From assembly GCA_023230105.1 (NCBI GenBank), contig JALNXY010000001.1, positions 76,395 to 140,394 on the forward strand: DNA of 64,000 nt, written 5' to 3'. The notes below the pieces were generated by a model. It searched no databases, was not told where the DNA came from, and saw only the letters and a program-made list of their open reading frames with translations. The position numbers and the translations under genes were made by a program. The DNA is from Verrucomicrobiota bacterium. Lineage in GTDB: Bacteria; Verrucomicrobiota; Verrucomicrobiia; Limisphaerales; UBA1412. Shown piece by piece: positions 1-7,148 of the stretch (its first letter is position 1; every line of letters begins with the position of its first letter).

Positions 1-158
1 CTCAAGGCAGGGAAGTTCTGGTCACGATCGACGTTTGGGAGCATGCCTACTACCTGAAATATCAGAACCGCAGGCCCGAGCATACGGCTGCTATCTGGAA
101 TCTCTTTAACTGGGATTTCATCAGCAATCGTTATGCACAGTTGATTAAAGAACGCTAA
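1..158 (+). CDS. Fe/Mn-family superoxide dismutase, C-terminal fragment (5' end outside window)
   Basis: Frame-3 translation ...[45 protein letters not shown] contains the D-x-W-E-H-A-Y-Y metal-ligand motif; TAA stop at 156-158. Confidence 0.9.
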   Translation, partial: QGREVLVTIDVWEHAYYLKYQNRRPEHTAAIWNLFNWDFISNRYAQLIKER

Positions 159-170
159 TATGTTCTAATC

Positions 171-194
171 GGGGCACCAGATAAGGGGTGCCCC
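171..194 (+). terminator. stem-loop downstream of sod (GGGGCACC...GGTGCCCC)
   Basis: 8-bp GC stem 13 nt after the stop; no clear T-tract follows, so weak as an intrinsic terminator. Confidence 0.4.
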
Positions 195-282
195 TGGGTT
201 CAATCAGACGCGAAAAAGAAGGTAAATGCCTTTTTTTTCGGTAAAGTAGTTTTCCGAAGGGAGCCTTTTTTGGTTTGTTAAA

Positions 283-3195
283 TTGCCTTTAGGGTTTGTT
301 TTGAAAACAATTAATAAGACAAGCTCATCCGAAGGGGTGAGCGTTTTTTTATCCCTTCCGAAAGGGATGGCTCCTTTTTTTAATGCCGAGCCCAAGTCGC
401 CGGGTTCAGCACGATGCAGGGCGCTCTATCGCTCCGCTCACCCTTTTGGCTCCGTCGGAGAAATCACCGACCTCATCCAGCGCGCGGCCAAAGAAGAGGG
501 ATTACGGGCCCAGCCGGAGGAGTGGTTCCGAAGCGGCTGGAAAGTGATTGTGCTCTCACGGGATGGCGGCGTGGATTTCCCTCCTGAAATGGCATCCAAC
601 CGGATTCTCCTGCCTGTTCCGGTTTTCCGCTGGTCTCTGGGGCAGCGTCTGGACCAGACCTGGCTCGATTTACAGATACCGCTTCTACTTCGCCTGCTTC
701 AGAAATCCTCGGCAAGCTCGGGCGTCGTCCTCTGCTATGCCGAGAATCTGCTCAAAATTCAAGCTCTCCCCTCTCAGGTACCCACGGCTGATGTGGTTCA
801 TTTCGGAGTCTGGGCTCAGCCTGAAGATTTGGCCGGTAAAGGGGTGCTGCTCTGCCCGCGCAACGCACCCACCGAGCTCGCGGCCTATCTTGCCCAGCCC
901 ACGGCCTCCCAGCTTCGCGATAAGGGGGTGAACTATGCATTTTTGGGCGATGCCGGCATCCAACTCCTGAGCCCCGAAGCGGCCGAGCTTCTCCTTTTCT
1001 GGGGAAATAGAGAACCCGAAAGCAATTTCTCGGCTCTCTTCCTGGAATCTCTGGGCGATACCCCTACCCGATCCAAGCCGAACATGAGCGGCAGGCTCTC
1101 CTCTTCTGTCTGTATCCTGGAGACGGGAGAGCTGCATCCGCTGCGGACGGGCCGGGACCTCATTCAAAGCGTCTCGACGCTGATGAATCTGGAGCTCGAC
1201 GAAACCAAGCTCGGCATGATGGGTGCCAAGCGCCATCCCAATCAATACCTCCAGAATTCGCGCTTCTCTTTCCCATTGCGGCTGGATGCCAATCATACCC
1301 TCTGGATCGAAAACAGCATCATCCCGGCCTCCTGGAGTCTCTCTTATGAACATGTGCTGACGGGCGTGCCGGAAAATAACTGGGATTTGAAACTGGAGCC
1401 GCGGGTTTGCCTGGATTTCTCACCCGAAGACAACGACGACTGGTGCATCAAGTTCTATCAAATAAATGATCGGCTCTCGGCAGCGCTGGGCAAGGCGCTC
1501 TGGTTCGGGAATCCCTTTGAAATCTGGCTCCGCAAGCGTGCACTGACGGCTGAAGAGCTCTTCCCCGATTACAAAATTCCTTTTGCCGACGCCAAGCTCT
1601 TTCCCGTTCTCCCCTTTGAGCGGATTACACCCGCCTTTATCGAATGGCTCACGCAGGAAGACCCCACGCCTTCTGAAGAATTCACCCAGCTCTGGATGAA
1701 ATCCCCCAAGCGCTCGCTTCATGATTCAGTGGCCCAGATGAACTATATCCGCTGGGAGCATCAGCGCTCCACTCTGCGCGATGAAGGTCTGCAGGCCATG
1801 CTGCGCAACTGCCGGTGGAGCGTTTTCTACAAAGCCGACCTGCAATCCAGCGCCGAACTCTTTGGCCAGACAAAATTGAAGCTTCCGCCCGTTACCGTGG
1901 AAACCGCCGAGGGGTATGAACCGCTCCAGGTCGTTCACGACCGGATGTTCCGCTCTGCCGTCATGCGTTACCGCCAGGAGCCCCATTGGGAGCATCTGGA
2001 GGCCGAAGCCTTCCAAACCCTCTGCCGGATGATCGTGGAGGATGCGCAGATCGAGAAAGTCCAGCCCCGGCGCAGCATCATTGAAGATCAGGTCGTCTGG
2101 GGCCGCTGCCCCGTCCGTCTGGACCTGGCCGGAGGCTGGTCCGATACGCCTCCTTATTGCCTGGAGCGTGGAGGCAGAGTGGTCAATCTGGCCGTGGATC
2201 TGAACGGTCAGCCGCCCATCCAGGTTTTTGCCAAGCTGAGCGACCGGCCCGAGCTGGTCGTCCGCAGTATTGATCAGGGCGTGGAAAGCCGCTTCACCAG
2301 CTATGAAGAACTCCGCACCTATGCCCAGCCCGGGGATAGTTTCGCTCTGGCCAAGGCAGCCCTGGCACAGGTCGGGTTCCTGCCCGAATTCTCATCGCTC
2401 TCGCCCTACCCCAGCCTGAAAGAACAGCTTCAGGATTTTGGCGGCGGAATCGAACTCTCTCTTCTCTCAGCGGTTCCCAAAGGTTCCGGCCTGGGCACCA
2501 GCAGCATCCTGGCCGCTACGGTGCTTTCCACTTTAGGGGAAGTCTGCGGCCTGGCCTGGGATAAGAACGCCCTTTTTACACGCACTCTGGCTCTGGAACA
2601 GATGCTCACTACCGGCGGCGGCTGGCAGGACCAAGCCGGCGGAATCTTCCGGGGTATTAAAATGATCGAGACCTCCTCGGGCCTCAAACAGAGCCCGGTT
2701 CTGCGCTGGCTCCCTGATCAACTCTTTGAACAGGATTACGCCAATAAGAATATCCTCCTCTACTATACCGGCATTACCCGGATTGCGAAAAATATCCTCC
2801 ACGAGATCGTTCGGGGTATCTTCCTCAATTCACCCCGGCACCTGAGCGTGATCGAAGAAATCGCTGACAATGCCCGAAGCGCCTTCAATGCGATCCAAAT
2901 GGCCAGCTACTCCTCACTGGTGGAAAGCGTGCGCGAGAGCTGGCGCCTCAATCAGCTCCTGGATAGCGGCACCAATCCGCCCGAAGTGCAGGGCATACTG
3001 GATAAAGTGAAGGATTACCTCGATGCCACCAAACTTCTCGGGGCCGGCGGCGGAGGTTACCTGCTCATGTTCGCCAAAGACCGCGATGCCGCCGAGCGAA
3101 TCCGCAAAACACTCGCCGCCAATCCGCCCAATAACCGCGCCCGGTTTGTCCACTTTGCCCTCTCGGACCAGGGTTTGCAGCTGACCCGCAGCTAA
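283..3195 (+). CDS. fkp: bifunctional L-fucokinase / fucose-1-phosphate guanylyltransferase-like protein (FKP architecture)
   Basis: C-terminal GHMP-kinase motifs PVRLDLAGGWSDTPPY, PKGSGLGTSSILAATV and GAGGGGYLLMF. The ~950-aa length matches the Bacteroides FKP layout. The start is uncertain: the first ~28 codons lie in hairpin-rich non-coding-looking DNA, and ATG 367 is an alternative. Confidence 0.7.
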   Translation: MPLGFVLKTINKTSSSEGVSVFLSLPKGMAPFFNAEPKSPGSARCRALYRSAHPFGSVGEITDLIQRAAKEEGLRAQPEEWFRSGWKVIVLSRDGGVDFPPEMASNRILLPVPVFRWSLGQRLDQTWLDLQIPLLLRLLQKSSASSGVVLCYAENLLKIQALPSQVPTADVVHFGVWAQPEDLAGKGVLLCPRNAPTELAAYLAQPTASQLRDKGVNYAFLGDAGIQLLSPEAAELLLFWGNREPESNFSALFLESLGDTPTRSKPNMSGRLSSSVCILETGELHPLRTGRDLIQSVSTLMNLELDETKLGMMGAKRHPNQYLQNSRFSFPLRLDANHTLWIENSIIPASWSLSYEHVLTGVPENNWDLKLEPRVCLDFSPEDNDDWCIKFYQINDRLSAALGKALWFGNPFEIWLRKRALTAEELFPDYKIPFADAKLFPVLPFERITPAFIEWLTQEDPTPSEEFTQLWMKSPKRSLHDSVAQMNYIRWEHQRSTLRDEGLQAMLRNCRWSVFYKADLQSSAELFGQTKLKLPPVTVETAEGYEPLQVVHDRMFRSAVMRYRQEPHWEHLEAEAFQTLCRMIVEDAQIEKVQPRRSIIEDQVVWGRCPVRLDLAGGWSDTPPYCLERGGRVVNLAVDLNGQPPIQVFAKLSDRPELVVRSIDQGVESRFTSYEELRTYAQPGDSFALAKAALAQVGFLPEFSSLSPYPSLKEQLQDFGGGIELSLLSAVPKGSGLGTSSILAATVLSTLGEVCGLAWDKNALFTRTLALEQMLTTGGGWQDQAGGIFRGIKMIETSSGLKQSPVLRWLPDQLFEQDYANKNILLYYTGITRIAKNILHEIVRGIFLNSPRHLSVIEEIADNARSAFNAIQMASYSSLVESVRESWRLNQLLDSGTNPPEVQGILDKVKDYLDATKLLGAGGGGYLLMFAKDRDAAERIRKTLAANPPNNRARFVHFALSDQGLQLTRS

Positions 3196-3229
3196 CCTCC
3201 CTTGGAGATATCCGCAGGCTAGGATTTTT

Positions 3230-3260
3230 TTAACCGCAGATTACGCAGATTCGCGCAGAA
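3230..3260 (+). repeat. iteron-like motif TTAACCGCAGATTACGCAGATTCGCGCAGAA (distal boundary of array A)
   Basis: Three CGCAGAT-like units spaced 9-10 bp apart. Same orientation as the copy at 6410-6440. Confidence 0.8.
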
Positions 3261-3263
3261 GCA

Positions 3264-3650
3264 TCATTCAATTTTTCCCGTTTGGCCATTAATTTTAACT
3301 GCATTTTTTTTAAGAGCCCTATAATTCAAGGAAAGTGTCCCAAATGTATCCGCAATATAGTAAAATGAAGTATCGTGAAAACAAATCCAGTGATGTTTCA
3401 TTGATAACTTTTTACTTTCTGCAGCTCTTTTAAAAGCATTTGCAGGTGAAATATTAAATCCTGATGGAGGCTCCATTTCTTCTGGTGGCCATTCTTTTGA
3501 GTTATTCCATACCTCATTTAAGGCTTCTGTTTGTGCATCAGATTTGACATAACAACGATGACATCCTGTTTGTAATATGAATAATATTAAAATTAAAAAT
3601 AAGCGAAATAAATAATTAATAAAGTCTCTATTTTTCATTGTAATTTTCAA
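3264..3650 (-). CDS. array A cassette: small secreted/lipoprotein, PepSY-like pattern
   Basis: AT-rich ORF with a hydrophobic N-terminus ending LQTGC. The pattern ...ISPANAFKRAAES...YYI...AVKINGQTGKI resembles PepSY domains (weak). Overlaps the upstream cassette by 23 nt. Confidence 0.55.
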   Translation of the reverse strand: MKITMKNRDFINYLFRLFLILILFILQTGCHRCYVKSDAQTEALNEVWNNSKEWPPEEMEPPSGFNISPANAFKRAAESKKLSMKHHWICFHDTSFYYIADTFGTLSLNYRALKKNAVKINGQTGKIE

Positions 3651-4746
3651 TATTGTCTACTGAATGCAATAATTCTGTTTCATATGACTGAAAAATTATT
3701 TCTACTTTTTTATCAGAAAATCCAACCTTTGTTTTATAAAGTGATAAAGGAAACTCAAAATAAAATAATTCGTTTTGATTATCTGACCATCCAATCCATT
3801 CGTGGGCTAAGTAGTTTCTCCAGTCTTCCCACTCCAGAATCCTGGAAGTTTCTTTGTCTCTAATAATCACTCGTAGCTCACCCATACTGTGCGGATTTAT
3901 ATAACCAGAAATAAAATAATCTTCAGATGAACTAATTTCTCTGAGTTCTTCAAAATTTTCAACTCCTTTTATATAAATATTATTAACATTAAAATTATTT
4001 AATTTATTATTATTTTCAATAATAGATTTATTATTATACAATTCTTTAACAAGATATTCTGTATTATTTTCTTTTATTAAAGAAAATAATTTTGCAATTT
4101 TTTCTAATACCTTGTTTGTAATTTTTCTTTCTTTTATAAATGAACTTTCGTGAATATTTAAACTAATGCCGTCAGAAATTAAAATTAATAACGTTGAATC
4201 ATATTCTTTTATTTCCGACTCTCGTTGATTAGTATAATCTTCTGGCAAGAAAAAAAGTCGGACATTTTCGTCTGACGCCTTAGCAGAAGTAAATAAAAAA
4301 TTTTCAATCCAATAGTTCTCTTCTTGCAGACGACGGTAAACCTGTGTTTCTAATCCACATTTATTTGGATCAATTAAAAAATTAATCTCACACTGGACTA
4401 TATCATTTGAAACGTATGAAAATTTATCATCCAAATCTTTAAAAGGATTTTCTAACATCTGAGTGGTTTTTTCGTCTTTGATGAGTTCCAGAGGATTTCT
4501 ATATTCTGCTGTTATCCCATATCCGTTTGAAACATACCACTCTCTGGATGCGCAAAGAAACCAAAATAAAAATTTCTTTTCAAATGATGAAAATTTTTCA
4601 AATGATGAAAATTCTGAAGGTATTTTAATATCTACATATTCAGAATCTTTTTGCCATTCAAACGGATTTTCATCTTCTGATATTGTTTCTTTTTTGCATC
4701 CTAATATAAAACAAAACAATAAAACAATAAGTAATATATTTTTCAT
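3628..4746 (-). CDS. array A cassette: hypothetical lipoprotein (372 aa)
   Basis: Lipobox MKNILLIVLLFCFILGCKKE. Long uninterrupted ORF in very AT-rich DNA. No recognisable catalytic motif. Confidence 0.7.
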   Translation of the reverse strand: MKNILLIVLLFCFILGCKKETISEDENPFEWQKDSEYVDIKIPSEFSSFEKFSSFEKKFLFWFLCASREWYVSNGYGITAEYRNPLELIKDEKTTQMLENPFKDLDDKFSYVSNDIVQCEINFLIDPNKCGLETQVYRRLQEENYWIENFLFTSAKASDENVRLFFLPEDYTNQRESEIKEYDSTLLILISDGISLNIHESSFIKERKITNKVLEKIAKLFSLIKENNTEYLVKELYNNKSIIENNNKLNNFNVNNIYIKGVENFEELREISSSEDYFISGYINPHSMGELRVIIRDKETSRILEWEDWRNYLAHEWIGWSDNQNELFYFEFPLSLYKTKVGFSDKKVEIIFQSYETELLHSVDNIENYNEK

Positions 4747-4791
4747 ATTTTATAACTCATTTTTAGATTATTAAAAAAATGCTTCCTTCTA

Positions 4792-4932
4792 CTACTTGCA
4801 GCATTCAAAACCACTTGGATTCGAGTAACTGCCCGGGATGATCCCGTTCGCGGCGTCAACCACCAGCAGTTCATTTACCGCACCGCCAAACGCGCCTGAC
4901 AAATGTCCACAATTTATATTTTGCTGATTCAT
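4792..4932 (-). other. 46-codon ORF on a GC-rich patch inside array A, possible decayed Rhs-core fragment
   Basis: My translation: MNQQNINCGHLSGAFGGAVNELLVVDAANGIIPGSYSNPSGFECCK*. GAFGGAVNELLVVDAANG loosely resembles the Rhs-core AGGVGGLLxVxDAxxG segment. It is below the 60-aa cutoff of the ORF track. Confidence 0.3.
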
Positions 4933-4978
4933 TTTCTAACAGCGGAATTTATGTTTATTGACGGAGTACTTAAAAAAT

Positions 4979-5524
4979 TTATTTCCAAATACAGGAGCGG
5001 GTGTAAACAGTATTCTTGCTATGATCAATAACCACAATTAAATGGTACTCCCATTCACTGAGTTCTTTTGAAATACTTTGATCTCTAAAATAAAAGACTG
5101 CATCTTTATCTGGAATTTCTTTTAGCCACCATTCGGGAGGATTGGGATTGTTTCCATATAGAGATTTTGTTAAAAAGTCTATTTCATTATAATTTTTTTC
5201 ATGAAAAAACAGCGAATCATTTTTAGTCCATCCCTCCAAACTAAAAATCTTGTCGAGACAATTACTGTCATAATTGAACATCATCCACCGAGATGCTGTA
5301 TCTCCAACTGAAACCATTTTTACATAGATTTTCCCTAGTTTTTCAGAAGGATCCAACCCGAATTCCTGCTTAAAGGCCGGTGACTGCCCCGGATCATCCG
5401 TGTACTCAGAAGTGCTGAAATACACATAGGCTAAATATAAAAAAACAATAAATCCCAGTACAATAACCAGACAACCTATTGAAGACTTTTTAAGCATTGA
5501 AGTATTAAAATTTAATTGTTTCAT
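4979..5524 (-). CDS. array A cassette: N-terminally anchored hypothetical protein (181 aa from internal ATG)
   Basis: ATG at 5522-5524 gives MKQLNFNTSMLKKSSIGCLVIVLGFIVFLYLAYVY (TM anchor). The upstream 54 codons of the tracked ORF run out of frame through the GC-rich Rhs stub and are unlikely to be translated. Confidence 0.65.
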   Translation of the reverse strand: MKQLNFNTSMLKKSSIGCLVIVLGFIVFLYLAYVYFSTSEYTDDPGQSPAFKQEFGLDPSEKLGKIYVKMVSVGDTASRWMMFNYDSNCLDKIFSLEGWTKNDSLFFHEKNYNEIDFLTKSLYGNNPNPPEWWLKEIPDKDAVFYFRDQSISKELSEWEYHLIVVIDHSKNTVYTRSCIWK

Positions 5525-5738
5525 ACCATTCAAAGATTTGAGTAGTTGAATTGGGTGAATAGTAGCGATAGCGGTAGTAGACGAGGTCGGTTTCGTTGTC
5601 GGTGTATTTGGTCGAGAACTGGAAGGGGTCGACCTTTGCCATATCGACCACCGAGCAGAAAACTTCCCCAAAGGGTCCGTACTCATATTTCGCCGAGATA
5701 TTCCCGTCCGTCGCCAAGTGCAGATTACTTTGCCACAT
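5505..5738 (-). pseudogene. Rhs/YD-repeat core C-terminal stub (no toxin domain)
   Basis: ...LATDGNISAKYEYGPFGEVF...DPFQFSTKYTDNETDLVYYRYRYYSP matches the Rhs-associated core consensus YxYxPFGE...FRFSTKYxDxETGLxYYGxRYYxP. The GC-rich patch (~5535-5735) is flanked on both sides by AT-rich DNA. Only 15 AT-rich codons follow YYSP before the stop. Confidence 0.8.
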
Positions 5739-6138
5739 TATTATTTTTTATTATTTCATTATTTATTATTTTTATAATTTCTAAAATATTACTTTTAGAG
5801 TTTTCTGATGTTTCTTTATTTAAAATAAATTCAAGTTCTTGAATGGAATTCGTTCCAAATCGATCTAAAATTAAACCAGCTAAACAGACTCTTTCTGACA
5901 ATGTATCCGCATTTGCTGTTAGATGTAAATATACCTGATTCCAATATTTTGCATCTCTTTCCAGAGTCATGTTTACCATTACAATCCGCTTAAGAGGATC
6001 TTTCTCATGCTGAAGAGCATATTTATCATACCAATCAATTAATTTATATGGCAAAGAAGTACTGAGAGCTATAAGAAATATTATAGAAATTAAAAGAATT
6101 ATAAAATTTTTACTTATAAACTTATTACTAATTTTCAT
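5725..6138 (-). CDS. array A cassette: N-terminally anchored hypothetical protein (137 aa)
   Basis: MKISNKFISKNFIILLISIIFLIALS TM anchor. AT-rich. First full cassette after the leader. Confidence 0.65.
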   Translation of the reverse strand: MKISNKFISKNFIILLISIIFLIALSTSLPYKLIDWYDKYALQHEKDPLKRIVMVNMTLERDAKYWNQVYLHLTANADTLSERVCLAGLILDRFGTNSIQELEFILNKETSENSKSNILEIIKIINNEIIKNNNVAK

Positions 6139-6150
6139 ACCTATTCAATT

Positions 6151-6288
6151 TCACATCATTCTTTGAAAAGGGCTGACATTTATTTTAACTTTAACCGGGA
6201 CGCCACTGGAAGGATTCTTCGGAAGGCACCACGTATAGGAGCGCTCCAGAGCACCATTACCATCCGTCGTTGTCAGCAGATCAGTCAC
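6151..6288 (-). pseudogene. YD-repeat stub fused to the array A leader (GTG...NVTDLLTTTDGNGALERSYTW...)
   Basis: My translation from GTG 6288: VTDLLTTTDGNGALERSYTWCLPKNPSSGVPVKVKINVSPFQRMM*. VTDLLxxxDGNGxxxxxYxW is a YD-repeat pattern. The GC-rich part ends where the AT-rich tail begins. Confidence 0.55.
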
Positions 6289-6409
6289 GTTAGAATTCGT
6301 TTATATTTCGGGCATTTTGAGTTTACAAAGGTTCTTCGACATTTACACAATAATTACATCAGTGATTGTGGATGATTTTCGAAGGGATGCAATGTTTTTT
6401 CAAATTTTT
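6289..6409 (-). promoter_or_regulatory. conserved array leader, copy A: palindrome CACAAT-N13-ATTGTG plus promoter TTGTAA-17 nt-TATAAA
   Basis: The - strand reads ...cctTTGTAAactcaaaatgcccgaaaTATAAAcgaattctaacGTGact (-35 at 6323-6328, -10 at 6300-6305). Near-identical to 34103-34225 and clearly related to 59086-59212. Confidence 0.65.
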
Positions 6410-6440
6410 TTAACCGCAGATGACGCAGATTTGCACAGAT
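6410..6440 (+). repeat. iteron-like motif TTAACCGCAGATGACGCAGATTTGCACAGAT (proximal boundary of array A)
   Basis: Direct repeat of 3230-3260. The same motif recurs about 12 times in the window. Confidence 0.8.
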
Positions 6441-7011
6441 TTTTATTGGAGGGATGAACGGATGCGACCCCTACGGGGTCGTGGAAGAATGTGTGGGGGA
6501 TGTGTCTTACCCGGGGTCTACGACCCCGGGCTATGGGGATGGGTATGCTCCGCATACCTTAAGTTTGCTGCACCCCCGTGGGGTGCAGTAGGGAATTGAC
6601 GCGTGGAACCTTGGACCTGGAGACCACCGGGCACGAATCCCGATAGGGAAAAGTCCCGTGTTATGAGATGGGTATGCTCCGCATACCTCAAGAATGCGCA
6701 TCCCGGCGGATGCGGGAGAATACGATTCACACCTGTGGAAATACAAACGAATCCGCAGACCTCAGATTTGCTGCACCCCGAAAGGGGTGCAGAAGAAAAC
6801 AATTCGCACCGGAGGGAATACAAAACGCATTCGCATACCTCCTAATTCAGCATCCCGTAGGGATGCCAGCCTATAGCCCGGGGTCGCAGACCCCGGGGAA
6901 TCGGCCACCACCCAAGACCCCATTCGACCCTGGAGGGGTCGCATCCATACCTTGCTTAAAAAACAGGCACCCCGAAAAGGGAATATTGAGGAAGAGAAGG
7001 ATCCGCCGTTT
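6441..7011. repeat. mosaic of short GC-rich hairpin modules (REP/BIME-like)
   Basis: Recurrent palindromes: gcgaccccTACggggtcg, cccggggtcNNNgaccccggg, gggtatgctccgcatacc, ctgcaccccNNNggggtgcag, gcatcccNNNNgggatgc. The same modules occur in different order at 15583-16088, 17600-17788, 32773-33150, 34257-34665 and 58857-59052. Confidence 0.85.
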
Positions 7012-7032
7012 TTAACCGCAGATTACACAGAT
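7012..7032 (+). repeat. short (two-unit) iteron-like motif TTAACCGCAGATTACACAGAT
   Basis: Closes the hairpin mosaic in the same orientation as 6410-6440. Confidence 0.6.
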
Positions 7033-7046
7033 TTTTAAAAAGGAAA

Positions 7047-7094
7047 GCGCCGTATAAAGGCCGACTCCGAAGAGATGCGGGTTTTATACGGCGC
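7047..7094 (-). terminator. hairpin GCGCCGTATAAA...TTTATACGGCGC downstream of the MBL-fold gene
   Basis: 12-bp perfect inverted repeat about 55 nt after the stop of the - strand gene. Confidence 0.45.
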
Positions 7095-7148
7095 CTGTTT
7101 AATTCCATGCGGGCCGCCTGCAAGTTATTGGCGACCGGGGCGCATATC

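Noticed and set aside
685-1353. 222-aa ORF and other small ORFs antisense to, or out of frame within, the fkp-like gene
   Set aside because: They are nested in a 2.9-kb ORF with GHMP kinase motifs. They have low-complexity Arg-rich translations.
5525-5686. N-terminal 54 codons of the tracked 4979-5686 ORF
   Set aside because: This part reads the GC-rich Rhs stub out of frame (Ser/Thr/Pro-rich nonsense). The internal ATG at 5522-5524 is followed by a TM anchor and is the more plausible start.
4463-5842. + strand ORFs 4463-4774, 5546-5842 and 5596-5784 inside array A
   Set aside because: They are antisense to longer - strand cassette ORFs with signal or anchor sequences. They arise from AT-rich, low-complexity sequence.
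3230-6440. Integron, prophage or IS/transposon explanation for the AT-rich arrays
   Set aside because: I saw no integrase, transposase, phage structural or attC-like (R''-L''...L'-R') features in the window. A mobile or recombinase-driven origin remains possible, but the enzyme would have to be encoded elsewhere.
6441-7011. Possible CRISPR array (many short palindromic repeats)
   Set aside because: The repeats are of several different sequences, irregularly spaced, and in both orientations, with no constant repeat/spacer periodicity. No cas genes are in the window.
6518-7015. Several 60-115-aa ORFs on both strands (6518-6823, 6531-6746, 6603-6845, 6668-7015, 6694-6876, 6762-6944)
   Set aside because: They lie entirely within the hairpin-module mosaic, overlap each other in multiple frames, and their 'peptides' (PGSQTPG, GMLRIPQEC...) recur wherever the same DNA repeat recurs. 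They are read-through of repeats, not genes.
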